64,000 nucleotides of DNA from a virus (lineage: Duplodnaviria > Caudoviricetes): IMG/VR virus record IMGVR_UViG_3300010282_000007, positions 6,297-70,296 of that record; one strand, written 5' to 3'. Position 1 is the stretch's first letter. Each line of letters starts with the position of its first letter. Shown piece by piece: positions 20,034 to 29,994 of this stretch. The notes beneath the pieces were generated by a model that was not told the origin of the DNA, made no database searches, and saw only the letters and a program-made list of their open reading frames with translations. Made by a program: the position numbers and the translations under genes.

Positions 20034-20906
20034 ATGCCAGACCCGATAAAGATAAAACTCGACACCGCAAAGTATGCCGCACCGACATTGGAGGACATAC
20101 AAGCGGCAAAACAATTCATCCTGCAACGAGACGAAACGGCAAGAACTCTCGTTGCAAGGATTGACGAACTGCTTGACAATGCCATAGAACGGATAGCGGA
20201 AATTTGCTACAAATACAACGTTGACCCGGAACTACTCTATTTCAGCAGCGCGTTCAACGAAGAAATGATGGACGAGATTGCAGAGGTGATGGACGAACTT
20301 GAAGAAGCCATACTCGCACTCATATACGAGTATGCTACAAGAGGGAGCAACAACCGAAAGACCATCGCAGCCATCACCGCTTGGATGGCAACGCTCGGAA
20401 GAATGAACAGAAACCTTGAAGACACACTCCAAGGCTATCTGCTGAAAACAATGAAGGACTGGGAAGCCGCTCTCGCCGCACTCATGGATGCCGAAACACC
20501 TCTCGCCAACGCAGTAACGAAGATGAAGACATACAAGCACACCATCTACACCATGCCGGAGGTGATTGCGGCATTCAAACACGCGGAAGACTTCACGGCA
20601 ACATACATACGCAGCCGTGGAGTGCAGAAAGGAGCAGTCGGCATATCAAACAACGGAAGCACAAACGTGACGAATATGGCGGCAACAACGCTGCAAATGG
20701 CATGGATGCGCTCACAAGTGACAGACTTCGATGAAGACGGAGTGGTCGGCGTTTACATCCTAAGAGGGAGCAACTACAACTGCGACATCTGCGATGCGGT
20801 GACAGGCTTCTACGAAATAAAGGATGCCTACGGAATACTCCCCGTACATCCGCATTGCTGCTGTTACGAAGTGCCGATACACAAGAATGAATTGCAAAAC
20901 ATCTGA
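20034..20906 (+). CDS. Minor head protein, MuF/SPP1 gp7-like, 290 aa
   Basis: After portal; C-terminal CDIC...PVHPHCCC motif. Confidence 0.7.
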   Translation: MPDPIKIKLDTAKYAAPTLEDIQAAKQFILQRDETARTLVARIDELLDNAIERIAEICYKYNVDPELLYFSSAFNEEMMDEIAEVMDELEEAILALIYEYATRGSNNRKTIAAITAWMATLGRMNRNLEDTLQGYLLKTMKDWEAALAALMDAETPLANAVTKMKTYKHTIYTMPEVIAAFKHAEDFTATYIRSRGVQKGAVGISNNGSTNVTNMAATTLQMAWMRSQVTDFDEDGVVGVYILRGSNYNCDICDAVTGFYEIKDAYGILPVHPHCCCYEVPIHKNELQNI

Positions 20907-20910
20907 AAGA

Positions 20911-21489
20911 ATGGAACTATCAAAACAAAAACAGACAGAAGCCAAGAAACAAGGAGTGACGATACAATACCTCGTCATGGCTGACCTCATGAGCATAGGG
21001 TACTCGGAAGAAGATGCCTACGCCGTGGCATACCCCGAAAACACAGCCATCGCCGTCCAATATAGCGAAAGCATTAAAAAGAACATCGTGGAAAGCCCGA
21101 AGTTCAGAAAGTTGCTCGAAACAAGACGCAACCGCGTAAAAGAGGGAATAGCAACACCTGCAACACTCGACGAAATGGAACTTGTCGGGACAGAAGAGGT
21201 GCTGAAGGAAATCCTGCGCTCCGCAAAGCAACAACCAATCGGCTCAAAAGAAAGGGCAGAACTGTACGCAAAGTACAACGACATAAGAAAAGAAAACGAA
21301 CAGGATGTCGCAGAAGAGACAGACAACATCAGTTTTGTCCTACCACTAAAATGCGACAGATGCCCACTGCTCTTCGCCTACAACGACTTTGCGAAGGAAA
21401 ACAACGTACAAGAGGTCAGACCAGTCGAAATGGGGCGCATTATGGCAATCGCACACAAGTTCATACAAGCGGCAAGAGACGCAGAATAA
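20911..21489 (+). CDS. Probable terminase small subunit, 192 aa
   Basis: ATG at 20911 after an AT-rich leader; AYAVAY helix-turn-helix-like N-terminus and oligomerisation-type middle region. Inferred only. Confidence 0.45.
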   Translation: MELSKQKQTEAKKQGVTIQYLVMADLMSIGYSEEDAYAVAYPENTAIAVQYSESIKKNIVESPKFRKLLETRRNRVKEGIATPATLDEMELVGTEEVLKEILRSAKQQPIGSKERAELYAKYNDIRKENEQDVAEETDNISFVLPLKCDRCPLLFAYNDFAKENNVQEVRPVEMGRIMAIAHKFIQAARDAE

Positions 21490-21490
21490 C

Positions 21491-21519
21491 AAAAAAGCGA
21501 CCTTCAACAGGTCGCTTTT
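21491..21519. terminator. Bidirectional terminator
   Basis: AAAAGCGACCT-tcaac-AGGTCGCTTTT between convergent genes. Confidence 0.75.
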
Positions 21520-21543
21520 CACATTCACAAAAATCACACAAAA

Positions 21544-22056
21544 TCATTCCGCTGACGTCTGCTCAACGGAGCTTTCAGCATCGGCAGCAGCCAAAGCGGC
21601 AAGCATATCGTCGGCAACGGCATCGCGCAAACCATCGTCTTCGACAGAAACGCCCTGCCTTTCGTCATTCTCCTTCCTCCATTCAAGGTAGGCATCACGA
21701 ATACCTTTCGCATCTGCCAGCAAGTCCTCGTAAATACCAGAACCCTCCTCAAGAGACTTTGGATTGCAGTAAGCAATGGTCAACAGACTGATGCCCTGGT
21801 GGAAAAAGCCGTTCGGTATCGAAGTGGCGGCGAACATATTCGTGAAATACGACAAAATGGCATCGTACTCGCCTTTGGCGAACAACTCGCGTATGATGGC
21901 GAAAATGTCGAACGTGGAAGGTATCTTGACCATCCAACCACCATCCAACGTGCTAACGACAATCTGCACCACGTCCTTGTTCGCCTTGCTGCGCCACATC
22001 TTGAAATTGCCAATGCGCACAGGCTTGACAAATGGTATCTCACCCCTACCGCTCAT
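21544..22056 (-). CDS. Hypothetical protein, 170 aa
   Basis: ORF overlapping the upstream gene's stop. Confidence 0.7.
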   Translation of the reverse strand: MSGRGEIPFVKPVRIGNFKMWRSKANKDVVQIVVSTLDGGWMVKIPSTFDIFAIIRELFAKGEYDAILSYFTNMFAATSIPNGFFHQGISLLTIAYCNPKSLEEGSGIYEDLLADAKGIRDAYLEWRKENDERQGVSVEDDGLRDAVADDMLAALAAADAESSVEQTSAE

Positions 22057-22385
22057 CGCCTGACACCATTGACATAATCACGAAGCGCATCCGTGTAGTT
22101 CGACACAATGACCGAAATGCGCATGTCCGAAAAGTCTTCCTCCTCCTCTTCATCATCGAAAGAGTCAAGTTCCTCGCGCACCTTCTTGCAAGCATAGAAC
22201 AACTCCAAGTCGGAAGACATGCCGTTGTCCTTCATTTCGACAGGCTCGACATCCTCGCCACGCAGCAACTGCTGGCAACGCTCCATCTGCAAATAGGAAA
22301 GCAACAACTGCTCCCTGCACTCCTCGTTGGAAAGACCGCCGACAAACCGGGCAAGCCGCTTCCTTATCTTACCTGACTTGCTCAT
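22053..22385 (-). CDS. Hypothetical protein, 110 aa
   Basis: ORF with ATGA-type overlaps. Confidence 0.65.
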   Translation of the reverse strand: MSKSGKIRKRLARFVGGLSNEECREQLLLSYLQMERCQQLLRGEDVEPVEMKDNGMSSDLELFYACKKVREELDSFDDEEEEEDFSDMRISVIVSNYTDALRDYVNGVRR

Positions 22386-22582
22386 TTCCTCTTCGACCTT
22401 CTGCCACCCCTCTTCGGAGCGGGGTTCTTCACTTCCACCTCGGCAACGGGGGCAACATCACCCTCGACAACCTCCTCGGCGGCAACAACACTCTCCGTGG
22501 CTTGGGATGCCACGACAGGCACGGAAGGACGGCCGGGAGTGAACTCCCTCGGCTTGTCCTGGCCTATTCTGATTTTTCCCAT
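22382..22582 (-). CDS. Hypothetical protein, 66 aa (acidic middle, basic tail)
   Basis: ORF. Confidence 0.55.
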   Translation of the reverse strand: MGKIRIGQDKPREFTPGRPSVPVVASQATESVVAAEEVVEGDVAPVAEVEVKNPAPKRGGRRSKRK

Positions 22583-22629
22583 AACAAAAAAAGTTTTTTA
22601 GATAAGACATGTTTCTATTCACAACGCAA

Positions 22630-24117
22630 TCAGACCTTCAGCGCATAACCAATGGCCTTCTCGCAAAATATACCATACAACACGCTCCTGCTCACACGCT
22701 TCCTGTTGCCACAACCCTCGTGCCAGCCAAGACGCGTCATTTCACGAGCAAAAGCATTCTCCTTCTCCGGCTCCTGCAACCACTTCGCACACCAAGAAGA
22801 ATACTCCTCATACAAAGCAGAAAAAGTGACCCACTGCATCTTCTCGTCCCAATGGCCGGAACGACGGTTGCAACGATAACCACGCTCCGTCAAGAACACC
22901 TGCGCAGCCTGACCATTCTCCAGCATGTACTCGCGCAACTCCGAATCACCATCCTTCGTGGACTTGAACTGAAAACCATCGCGGACAAGCATCCTATAAC
23001 CCTCCACCATCCAGTTCCTTATGCCGGACAACTCCTTCATCAACTCCGAAGACAACTCCCTGTTCATTTCAGAAGCAGAAACAGAGGTGTTGAAAGACAC
23101 AAACAACAAACGACGCAACAACGCCTGGTCCATGTTCCTCGCAGTAGGACGGCGATTCATATTGAAAACCAAAAAAGGTATGTCAAAAGCAGTCTCAGGA
23201 TTCCTACCAAGCCTACGCACCGTCTGAGGCTCGCCACTGCACAAACTCTTGAACGTGTCAGAATAACGAGTAATGTCGTTGCTCTGTATCTCAGAACAAT
23301 AATTGAACAACTTGCCCTCTATGCTGCCAATGAAACGAGCACGCACGTCAGAAGAACCAGACAACAACATGTCCAAACCAACATAAGACATGCTCGACGA
23401 ACCATAAACAGCACGCACAACATCAAACACCGTACTCTTGCCATTCGCACCACTGCCAACAAGCCACAACGTCTCCTCAACCTTGTGAGACATCGACTTC
23501 CTATCAACACAACCCAAACCCAAATACTTCTGCAACTTCATTATCTCACCCTTCGGCAACACAGAACGAAGAAACGCAAGCCAAGACGGACAAACAGCCG
23601 CCGGGTCGTAGTCGTAAGGCAACACATCAACTATCGGCATCCTATCAGCAAACGAATGATACACGGGATGCTCAATGTCGCTGAAATCCCATACACCATT
23701 GCGAAAACCAACAACAGAAGCAGACAACTCCAAAGGAGACATCGAAGCACCACCCTTCGCAGAATACATCAACTTGCCAATGGCATTCACCATATCACCC
23801 TTCGGAACACCACAACGAACCAAAGACTTGCTCAAAGATGCCTCCAACACAACATCACTCAACACACACCATACCCTACCATCAAAATAATACACCTCTC
23901 CACCCAACGTCTTGAAACAAGAAGCACAAGCAGAAAACACCACCTCACGATAACCATACAACCTATCACCAAAACGAGCCTGACAATAAGCATCACGCAA
24001 CAAACGCCTGTCAAGTGACTTCAATAACTCACCCGACAAAGCATCTATCAACGACATACGAGCATCACAAGACGCAGAAACACTAACCTTCTTCCTCGAT
24101 ACCGCCATCACACACAC
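22630..24117 (-). CDS. D5/P4-like SF3 helicase (no N-terminal primase domain seen), 495 aa
   Basis: D5_N-like GFRNGVWD..YDPAA; Walker A GSGANGKST; KSLCSGEP; motif C FNMN; RRL arginine finger. Confidence 0.85.
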   Translation of the reverse strand: MCVMAVSRKKVSVSASCDARMSLIDALSGELLKSLDRRLLRDAYCQARFGDRLYGYREVVFSACASCFKTLGGEVYYFDGRVWCVLSDVVLEASLSKSLVRCGVPKGDMVNAIGKLMYSAKGGASMSPLELSASVVGFRNGVWDFSDIEHPVYHSFADRMPIVDVLPYDYDPAAVCPSWLAFLRSVLPKGEIMKLQKYLGLGCVDRKSMSHKVEETLWLVGSGANGKSTVFDVVRAVYGSSSMSYVGLDMLLSGSSDVRARFIGSIEGKLFNYCSEIQSNDITRYSDTFKSLCSGEPQTVRRLGRNPETAFDIPFLVFNMNRRPTARNMDQALLRRLLFVSFNTSVSASEMNRELSSELMKELSGIRNWMVEGYRMLVRDGFQFKSTKDGDSELREYMLENGQAAQVFLTERGYRCNRRSGHWDEKMQWVTFSALYEEYSSWCAKWLQEPEKENAFAREMTRLGWHEGCGNRKRVSRSVLYGIFCEKAIGYALKV

Positions 24118-25016
24118 AACTTACACAACGCAAATTTTTTTTCGCGCCGAATTATATTAGATATATATAACAAATAAAAAAACATAAACAACAATAATCT
24201 ATTATTGGTTCATTTGGTTCATTTGATACATCAAGTGCAAAGATAAACCCTTATTCTCAACCATTTGCAAAAATCACTGGAAATCTTAACATCCAAACAA
24301 AAAGAAACACTAAACAACATCCATACAACAAATTCAACCCCATTTTCAACCATAAAGCCACATTTTAACCAAAATTTACATCGAATTAACACTTAATTAA
24401 CAACAACACAAACAAAACATACACAAACAACAAAATTTTCGCAGTTTTTCCGAATTATATCTAATTTATATCTAATTTATACTTAATTATACAAATAATT
24501 ACAATAAAATTATACAATAAACATAAATATTTATCGTAAATACAATAAAATTAAACTGAAACTAAAATTGAAAATCGAAAAAATAAAAAACAAAAAAAAT
24601 AAATCGAAAATAAAATTTTAAAATTAAAATAAAAAATAAAAAATTAAAAAATCTCGATTGATGCTCACAACCACCGATTTTTCGTCAACAAAGGGGGGTG
24701 TACCCCTATTAAAAATGTAAATATTTTTGCTATTAAAAAATGTTGGTGGTTACTTTATAATAATAATGTTACGCAATTTTCGTAAATTCCTGAAAGATAG
24801 GTAGTTACGCTAATTACAATTTCACACTTTCCCTAAAAAATTCCACATTTTTTATTACATTTTCAATTAATAAATCTGTAAACAAAATTCAATTAATTTT
24901 TTATGGTTTAAAAGATATATAAATATGATTTAAAACGTTATTTTGGCCTGAAATTAGCGTATAAATCATAAACCAGCAAAACAATAAACCTATATATAGT
25001 TATCCATACATACATA

Positions 25017-25509
25017 TATATTTGGCCTAATTTGCCCTTTTATTTGCTCCTGAATGCAATTAGGCTGGTTTGATGAATAACACTACCTTTGCAGTAAATA
25101 GGCAACAAAGAGCAAATAATGAGGAATTATATATAACACTCAATTAGCCTATTTATTTGGCCTATATAGGTATTTTTGTTAGATTGTGGGCAAATGTATG
25201 GTTCAAGTATGTTTTGCCGATATTTGCCAAATATAGGCCAAATAAGCGTATCTTTGCATTCAGGTAGATATTTGAAGAACCAGTTAGATACCTTTGCACC
25301 CTATCTTTGCACCCTATTTTCGGCTGGTTGCAAGCTGCAAGCGTATCTTTGTTTGTAGATACCTACAAAAATAGCCTATTTTGCAAACTCAGAAATAGCA
25401 AATTTACATTTAGAAATATAAATATACCACAAAAAACACATTTTTACTATATTTTGCCGAAAAAAAACGTATTTTGGAGAACCATGTACCATATTTATTA
25501 CTACCTTTG
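25017..25509 (+). promoter_or_regulatory. Cluster of seven Bacteroidetes -7 promoter boxes
   Basis: TAnnTTTG at 25017, 25084, 25249, 25289, 25302, 25344, 25502, all facing the small-gene array. Confidence 0.6.
25153..25245. repeat. 15-bp perfect inverted repeat
   Basis: TTATTTGGCCTATAT (25153-25167) and ATATAGGCCAAATAA (25231-25245); core also at 25019-25029. Confidence 0.8.
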
Positions 25510-25574
25510 CAGTGTACATTTAATGTACGTTTTATTTAGTTCTTTGAAATATTTACATTAAACCAAAAAACATC

Positions 25575-26345
25575 ATGAAACAAGTATTTAACGGAGTCGA
25601 CTCCCTTCCACTTGTTGGGACCGACTCAACCCTGACAAAGGGGAAAGTTAGTGGAAAATTCACTATTGAAGACGACACTGAGGCAACTGTCCAAATTGAG
25701 AAATTAGACAAGAACCAGGTATTTGCACAAGTTATCGACTACTTTTCGCCGATAAAGTTTGATGATAGTGTTTTGCGCTCCTCGCTTGAACCACTGGTTA
25801 AGGCTGGGATAATGAGTGAAGACGTATTTTTGTCCACACTGCAAAAATCCAAAAAAGAGTTTTTGGACGCACATTCTGAGGAAATTGAGAAAGCGCAAAA
25901 CATTTCTTTCTCCACCTTTATTGCTCGCCTGCAAGAAAACGAAAGTTTGTATAACAAAGTTCTTTCAGTTTGTAATATTTCATCAATTGATGAAAGTAAC
26001 TACATTCGCGACAATAAAGTATGCATCTATAGAGCGAACCAGTGTACCGACAAAGAAGGCCAAAACCGTTATTTTGATGTAACTTTGTCACGCACTACTT
26101 CGACGGGTGAAAAGTTCTTTCAGAGTTTGTTTGTAGAAAGAAGACTTGAATTTAACGTAACTAACTACATTTGTGCAGTTCGTTATTATGCAAGCAAGCA
26201 AGAGGCCGAAAGAAAGTTAGCAAATCAAGTAATTGCTTACTTCAATATTCTCAAGGCAGTTTCTGAAAGCGCAAAAAAGGCGAAAGATGCAAACTTTTCA
26301 AAGGAGGCAATTTTGGCCGAAATTGAAAAAGTATTTGCAGAATAA
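25575..26345 (+). CDS. Hypothetical protein, 256 aa
   Basis: First ORF after the promoter cluster. Confidence 0.75.
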   Translation: MKQVFNGVDSLPLVGTDSTLTKGKVSGKFTIEDDTEATVQIEKLDKNQVFAQVIDYFSPIKFDDSVLRSSLEPLVKAGIMSEDVFLSTLQKSKKEFLDAHSEEIEKAQNISFSTFIARLQENESLYNKVLSVCNISSIDESNYIRDNKVCIYRANQCTDKEGQNRYFDVTLSRTTSTGEKFFQSLFVERRLEFNVTNYICAVRYYASKQEAERKLANQVIAYFNILKAVSESAKKAKDANFSKEAILAEIEKVFAE

Positions 26346-26359
26346 TTCCTCACCTTTTC

Positions 26360-26405
26360 AAGAAGAACCAGCCGACAAAAAAGGCTGGTTCTTCTTTTCT
26401 TTTTC
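26360..26405 (+). terminator. Intrinsic terminator
   Basis: AAGAAGAACCAGCC-loop-GGCTGGTTCTTCTT followed by a T-tract. Confidence 0.75.
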
Positions 26406-26440
26406 TCTTAAACTTTTCTTTCATCAAAACTTTTTGAGTT

Positions 26441-26818
26441 ATGACAAAACAAGAATTTTTAATCAATTTTGAAAACTGTTTTCAAAATCTTCTTTCGGCT
26501 GGTTTTCCTTTGCCTGAAGAAAAAATTTCAAGTGAATTGCATTTCACACATTCAGCAAAATATTTTGGAATTTGTGCGTATCGAAAAGGTTTATTTCATT
26601 TGGGATTTAATCTTTCTTTCGTGAAAAACGGAACAAAAGACGCAATTATAAACACTATTTATCATGAATTATTACATACTTTGCCAAATTGTCAGAACCA
26701 TGGTAAAATATGGAAAATGTATGCAAATAGGGTGAAAAATCTTTTTGGGTACAACATACAAAGATGTGGTGGTGACAAAACATTTCAAGACTCCACTGCA
26801 TTAAAAAATTCATATTAA
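26441..26818 (+). CDS. SprT-like zinc metalloprotease, 125 aa
   Basis: HELLH motif followed by HG..WK. Confidence 0.7.
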   Translation: MTKQEFLINFENCFQNLLSAGFPLPEEKISSELHFTHSAKYFGICAYRKGLFHLGFNLSFVKNGTKDAIINTIYHELLHTLPNCQNHGKIWKMYANRVKNLFGYNIQRCGGDKTFQDSTALKNSY

Positions 26819-26832
26819 AAACTTTTTGAGTT

Positions 26833-27018
26833 ATGATACGTCAGGAAATAAAAGAAATAAGATTTATTCCTTTGCAAATAGTTGTGGGTGAAATAATCAT
26901 TTTTAAAAGTTATCATTTCCCGAAAGATAATGATGCATTTTTAAGGTATGAAAAAAAACGCCTTCATTATTTCTGCAAAAATAGAATGATAGATGAAAGT
27001 TATTTTTCAATCTATTAA
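26833..27018 (+). CDS. Hypothetical protein, 61 aa
   Basis: ORF with the shared leader aaactttttgagttATG. Confidence 0.55.
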   Translation: MIRQEIKEIRFIPLQIVVGEIIIFKSYHFPKDNDAFLRYEKKRLHYFCKNRMIDESYFSIY

Positions 27019-27028
27019 CAAAGAAAAG

Positions 27029-27064
27029 AAAACGGAATGTAAGAAATTGCATTCCGTTTTTTTT
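27029..27064 (+). terminator. Intrinsic terminator
   Basis: AAACGGAATGTAA-gaaa-TTGCATTCCGTTTTTTTT. Confidence 0.7.
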
Positions 27065-27800
27065 GTGCCTTATTTCTCCATGGTTCGAAAGTTTTCGGGA
27101 AAAGGTATAATTACACCTTTGTTGTGTTTTCTTTCGTACCTGAATAAAAAGAATATTGTTTCAGATTGTTTTGTTGTTTGGTTTAATGTGTTCTGGTTAA
27201 CCATGGTTCGGGAAGGTATCTAAACATACCTTTTGTAGGTCCGACTCCTATTTTAGCCGCAAATATGCAAAGTTAAATCTTTGCAAGTGCTCTTTGTTTT
27301 CTTTCATACTTTTTGCAGACAAATTTTCTTTGCAGCCGATATGACTTGAAAAATAGTTTTCGGTTGCAAATTGTTTGCACCCTAAAAAAAGTTTGAGGAA
27401 AAGTTTAATTCCGCCAAAACTTTAAGGTCGAAAGTTTTCTTTCTCCTTTGTGAAAAGGTGAAAGATTATTTGAAATGTGGTACGAAGCTTTCATATCTTT
27501 TGCCTATAAAAGTTTTGTTCACGTCCGAAACGGAAGGCGTGAAAATAGATTTGCGGTAAAGAAAGAAAGAAATATATTAGTCCATAATTGAATTTACGTC
27601 ACTGGCTGCAAAGTTTCAGGAGTCCACCGCGTAATATAGTAGGCAAGACACTCTTTGAAACTTTGCGGTCGTGAAACTCTTTCGGGAAAGTCTTCGCGAG
27701 AAAACTTTTCCGTTAGGGGATTCCGTCATGGCCTGGCTAATCTGTGAAGATAGCGAAAGAGTTCAATTCTCTTTCACGGGACAAAGTTTTTTATCATTAA
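27065..27800 (+). ncRNA. Candidate structured non-coding RNA or leader
   Basis: About 740 nt without a convincing ORF, containing several hairpins and a duplicated unit. Not assigned to any family. Confidence 0.3.
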
Positions 27801-27811
27801 ATTCAATTATC

Positions 27812-28081
27812 ATGGAAAAGTTTAAGTTTGAAGTTGGTGACGTTTTAGACCGTCCCAGCGAACCAGTTAACAAAAAGTATGTTATTCTGCAAATCTTTGA
27901 AGAAAAACTACCTTTTGGAAAAAGATTGTGGTATCGAGGAATTGAAATGAGAAACTTTCAGGCAAAAGAACCTTTCGACTGTCTGCAAAGCATCATGGAG
28001 GAAAGTTTTGTCAAAGTCAACGAGATTGACAAAACAATTTGCGAGAAACTTGCAAGCTTGATTTTCCCGAAGGTCTGCTGA
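27812..28081 (+). CDS. Hypothetical protein, 89 aa
   Basis: ATG after an AT-rich leader (MEKFKFEVGD). Confidence 0.6.
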   Translation: MEKFKFEVGDVLDRPSEPVNKKYVILQIFEEKLPFGKRLWYRGIEMRNFQAKEPFDCLQSIMEESFVKVNEIDKTICEKLASLIFPKVC

Positions 28082-28157
28082 AGAGTCTTTGGAAATTAAG
28101 ACGAAACGGAGAATGTTTGTTACAAAACTTTCTCCGTCCAGACTAATAAAAACATTT

Positions 28158-28622
28158 ATGAGAAAAGAAATCAAACCAAGGCGGGGTTCGCGTGCGATGC
28201 TTCTCGCCAACAAAGACCGTGAAACCGCAAAGTTTTTTGCAGAACTTTGGGGCGAAGAAATAGGTCAGGTTTGCGAAGATGTGGTGGAAAACTTTCCTGA
28301 AAGGAATGAAGAACCTATCTTCACAAACAAGGAAAGAAACAAACTTACAAGTTTCGGCCAAAAGTTTGTTCTTGATTACATTTCAGGAATGGAACCAGTT
28401 GAAAGAGTTTGTAAGTTTGCTTTGTATGACATGCAAGACTTGCAGCACAATCTTTCGAAGGCTAAAAGCGAAGAGCAAAAACTCTTTGTGAAAAGTCTTC
28501 GCGAAGTTTGGTTCTCTCATCTGAAAGAAATGATGAAAGAACTTAAGATTTCAAAAGAAACTCTCATGACTTTCGGCCTTGACTGGAAGGTCGCAAAGAA
28601 CTTTTACTTTCAAACTATTTAG
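28158..28622 (+). CDS. Hypothetical protein, 154 aa
   Basis: ATG at 28158. Confidence 0.65.
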   Translation: MRKEIKPRRGSRAMLLANKDRETAKFFAELWGEEIGQVCEDVVENFPERNEEPIFTNKERNKLTSFGQKFVLDYISGMEPVERVCKFALYDMQDLQHNLSKAKSEEQKLFVKSLREVWFSHLKEMMKELKISKETLMTFGLDWKVAKNFYFQTI

Positions 28623-28660
28623 CAAATAGTTTGGGAATCTCTTAATCAATTATAACAATT

Positions 28661-28879
28661 ATGGATAAAAAAAGTTTTTGTGTATTGGTTGCCGCCTGGT
28701 TGTTGCTTGCTCCAATATTTGTATTTTTCTCTTTTGACTCTCTAATTTCTTTCGTTATCGGTTCGATATACAGTCTTTCTCTTTTTACTTTCTCATGTTC
28801 AAGTACGATAATGAGAAAGTTTTGGAGAAAGTATGTTGAAATAGACAAAAAGATGTGGAGTCGTTTGAAAGTACGATAA
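28661..28879 (+). CDS. Small two-TM membrane protein, 72 aa
   Basis: Two hydrophobic stretches and a basic C-terminus. Confidence 0.6.
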   Translation: MDKKSFCVLVAAWLLLAPIFVFFSFDSLISFVIGSIYSLSLFTFSCSSTIMRKFWRKYVEIDKKMWSRLKVR

Positions 28880-28997
28880 CTCTTTGCAGTACGAAAACTT
28901 TCCTTGAAAGTACGATAATTGTGGAGAGTACGATAAAGTTTCAGGGAATTTGTTATTCGCTGGAACTTCTGCGCAAAAAGTCCTGGAAGTACGATAA
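28802..28997 (+). repeat. Six copies of AGTACGA(T/A)AA
   Basis: At 28802, 28870, 28888, 28909, 28927, 28988. Confidence 0.85.
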
Positions 28998-29196
28998 TTT
29001 CAGGCCGTGAGTTTTTTTGTTATGAATTTCTCTTGAGTGTTCTCACGCTAAACGTAAACTGAAAACGAAATGCGGCAACTTGCTTACGTCAGCAAAGTTT
29101 TAAGGAAAAGTTTTGAAAGAAAACTTGCCAGAGAGTACGGCAATTTGTTGTTGCCTCCTCTCTCCAAAGTACGATAATTCTAAAAACTTTTGGACT

Positions 29197-29484
29197 ATGA
29201 AAGGATTTTATTTATTCACGCCACAGAAAGAATATTTCTTTGTGACAGAACAAACAAAGCGCACGCCGAAACTTGTTGCGCAAGTTGAAAACTTTCTGAA
29301 TGAGCGAGGCTGCACATATCGAGGCATGCATGGATGTTTCAGCGTGAAAGAAATGATGCAGCAAGGCGTTTGCGAAATTAAGCACACTGAAAAGTTTGGC
29401 GACTACTACGACATTCACGGCGAAGGCTGGGGTGGCTGCGGAAGTTTTCTGCATGAAAACAAGACAGAAGTCGTAAGACTTTGA
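29197..29484 (+). CDS. Hypothetical protein, 95 aa
   Basis: Leader aaaacttttggactATG. Confidence 0.6.
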   Translation: MKGFYLFTPQKEYFFVTEQTKRTPKLVAQVENFLNERGCTYRGMHGCFSVKEMMQQGVCEIKHTEKFGDYYDIHGEGWGGCGSFLHENKTEVVRL

Positions 29485-29549
29485 AACAAAACTTTCGGTA
29501 AACTTTTTCATTTGCCGAAAGTACGAAAACATTTAAAACTTTTTGGACT

Positions 29550-29621
29550 ATGATTTACCATGTTGTAAGTACGATTTTGTTTGCCGTTATCATATACGGC
29601 ACGACAAAACTTCCTCGTTGA
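29550..29621 (+). CDS. Hydrophobic micro-protein, 23 aa
   Basis: Same leader (aaaactttttggactATG); MIYHVVSTILFAVIIYGTTKLPR. Confidence 0.4.
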   Translation: MIYHVVSTILFAVIIYGTTKLPR

Positions 29622-29688
29622 GAAAGTTTTTGGCTGCAAGTATGTTGCAAATACTTTCAGCCGCATTATTCACTAAATCTTTTCAATT

Positions 29689-29994
29689 ATGAAGGCTATT
29701 CAAATTTTGGAATGTCTTTGCTATATGGGCAAAGATTCAGAAAAGTTTAACATCATCGACTTTGAAGATGAAAACATTGACGAACGTCAACAGTTTTGCG
29801 AAGACTATTTCGGGAAGAAGATGGCGGAAGACTTTCCTTCGGGAAAGTATTTCTACTATTGGACAGACGAATACCTGCAAGTACTTGAGAAAGGGCATGG
29901 AGAAAGTTTTGCTCCAGATTGTTTCATTCTCACAGGCGACTACGACAATGATGGGATTCCATGTGCTATCAACTTCTACAAAATTGAAGATTGA
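29689..29994 (+). CDS. Hypothetical acidic protein, 101 aa
   Basis: Cassette ORF. Confidence 0.7.
   Translation: MKAIQILECLCYMGKDSEKFNIIDFEDENIDERQQFCEDYFGKKMAEDFPSGKYFYYWTDEYLQVLEKGHGESFAPDCFILTGDYDNDGIPCAINFYKIED

Larger units (their letters stand above)
24118..25574. other. AT-rich non-coding region, candidate genome end or origin
   Basis: No credible ORF; A/C-rich to T-rich switch near 24700; short repeats; GGGGGGTGTACCCC at 24693-24706. Confidence 0.55.

Noticed and set aside
22609-24018. 469-aa plus-strand ORF
   Set aside because: Antisense to the D5 helicase; its length is an artefact of the extreme A/C skew depleting stop codons.
28802-28997. Mini-CRISPR array
   Set aside because: Repeats are only 10 nt with 8-11 nt gaps and irregular outer spacing; no cas genes.
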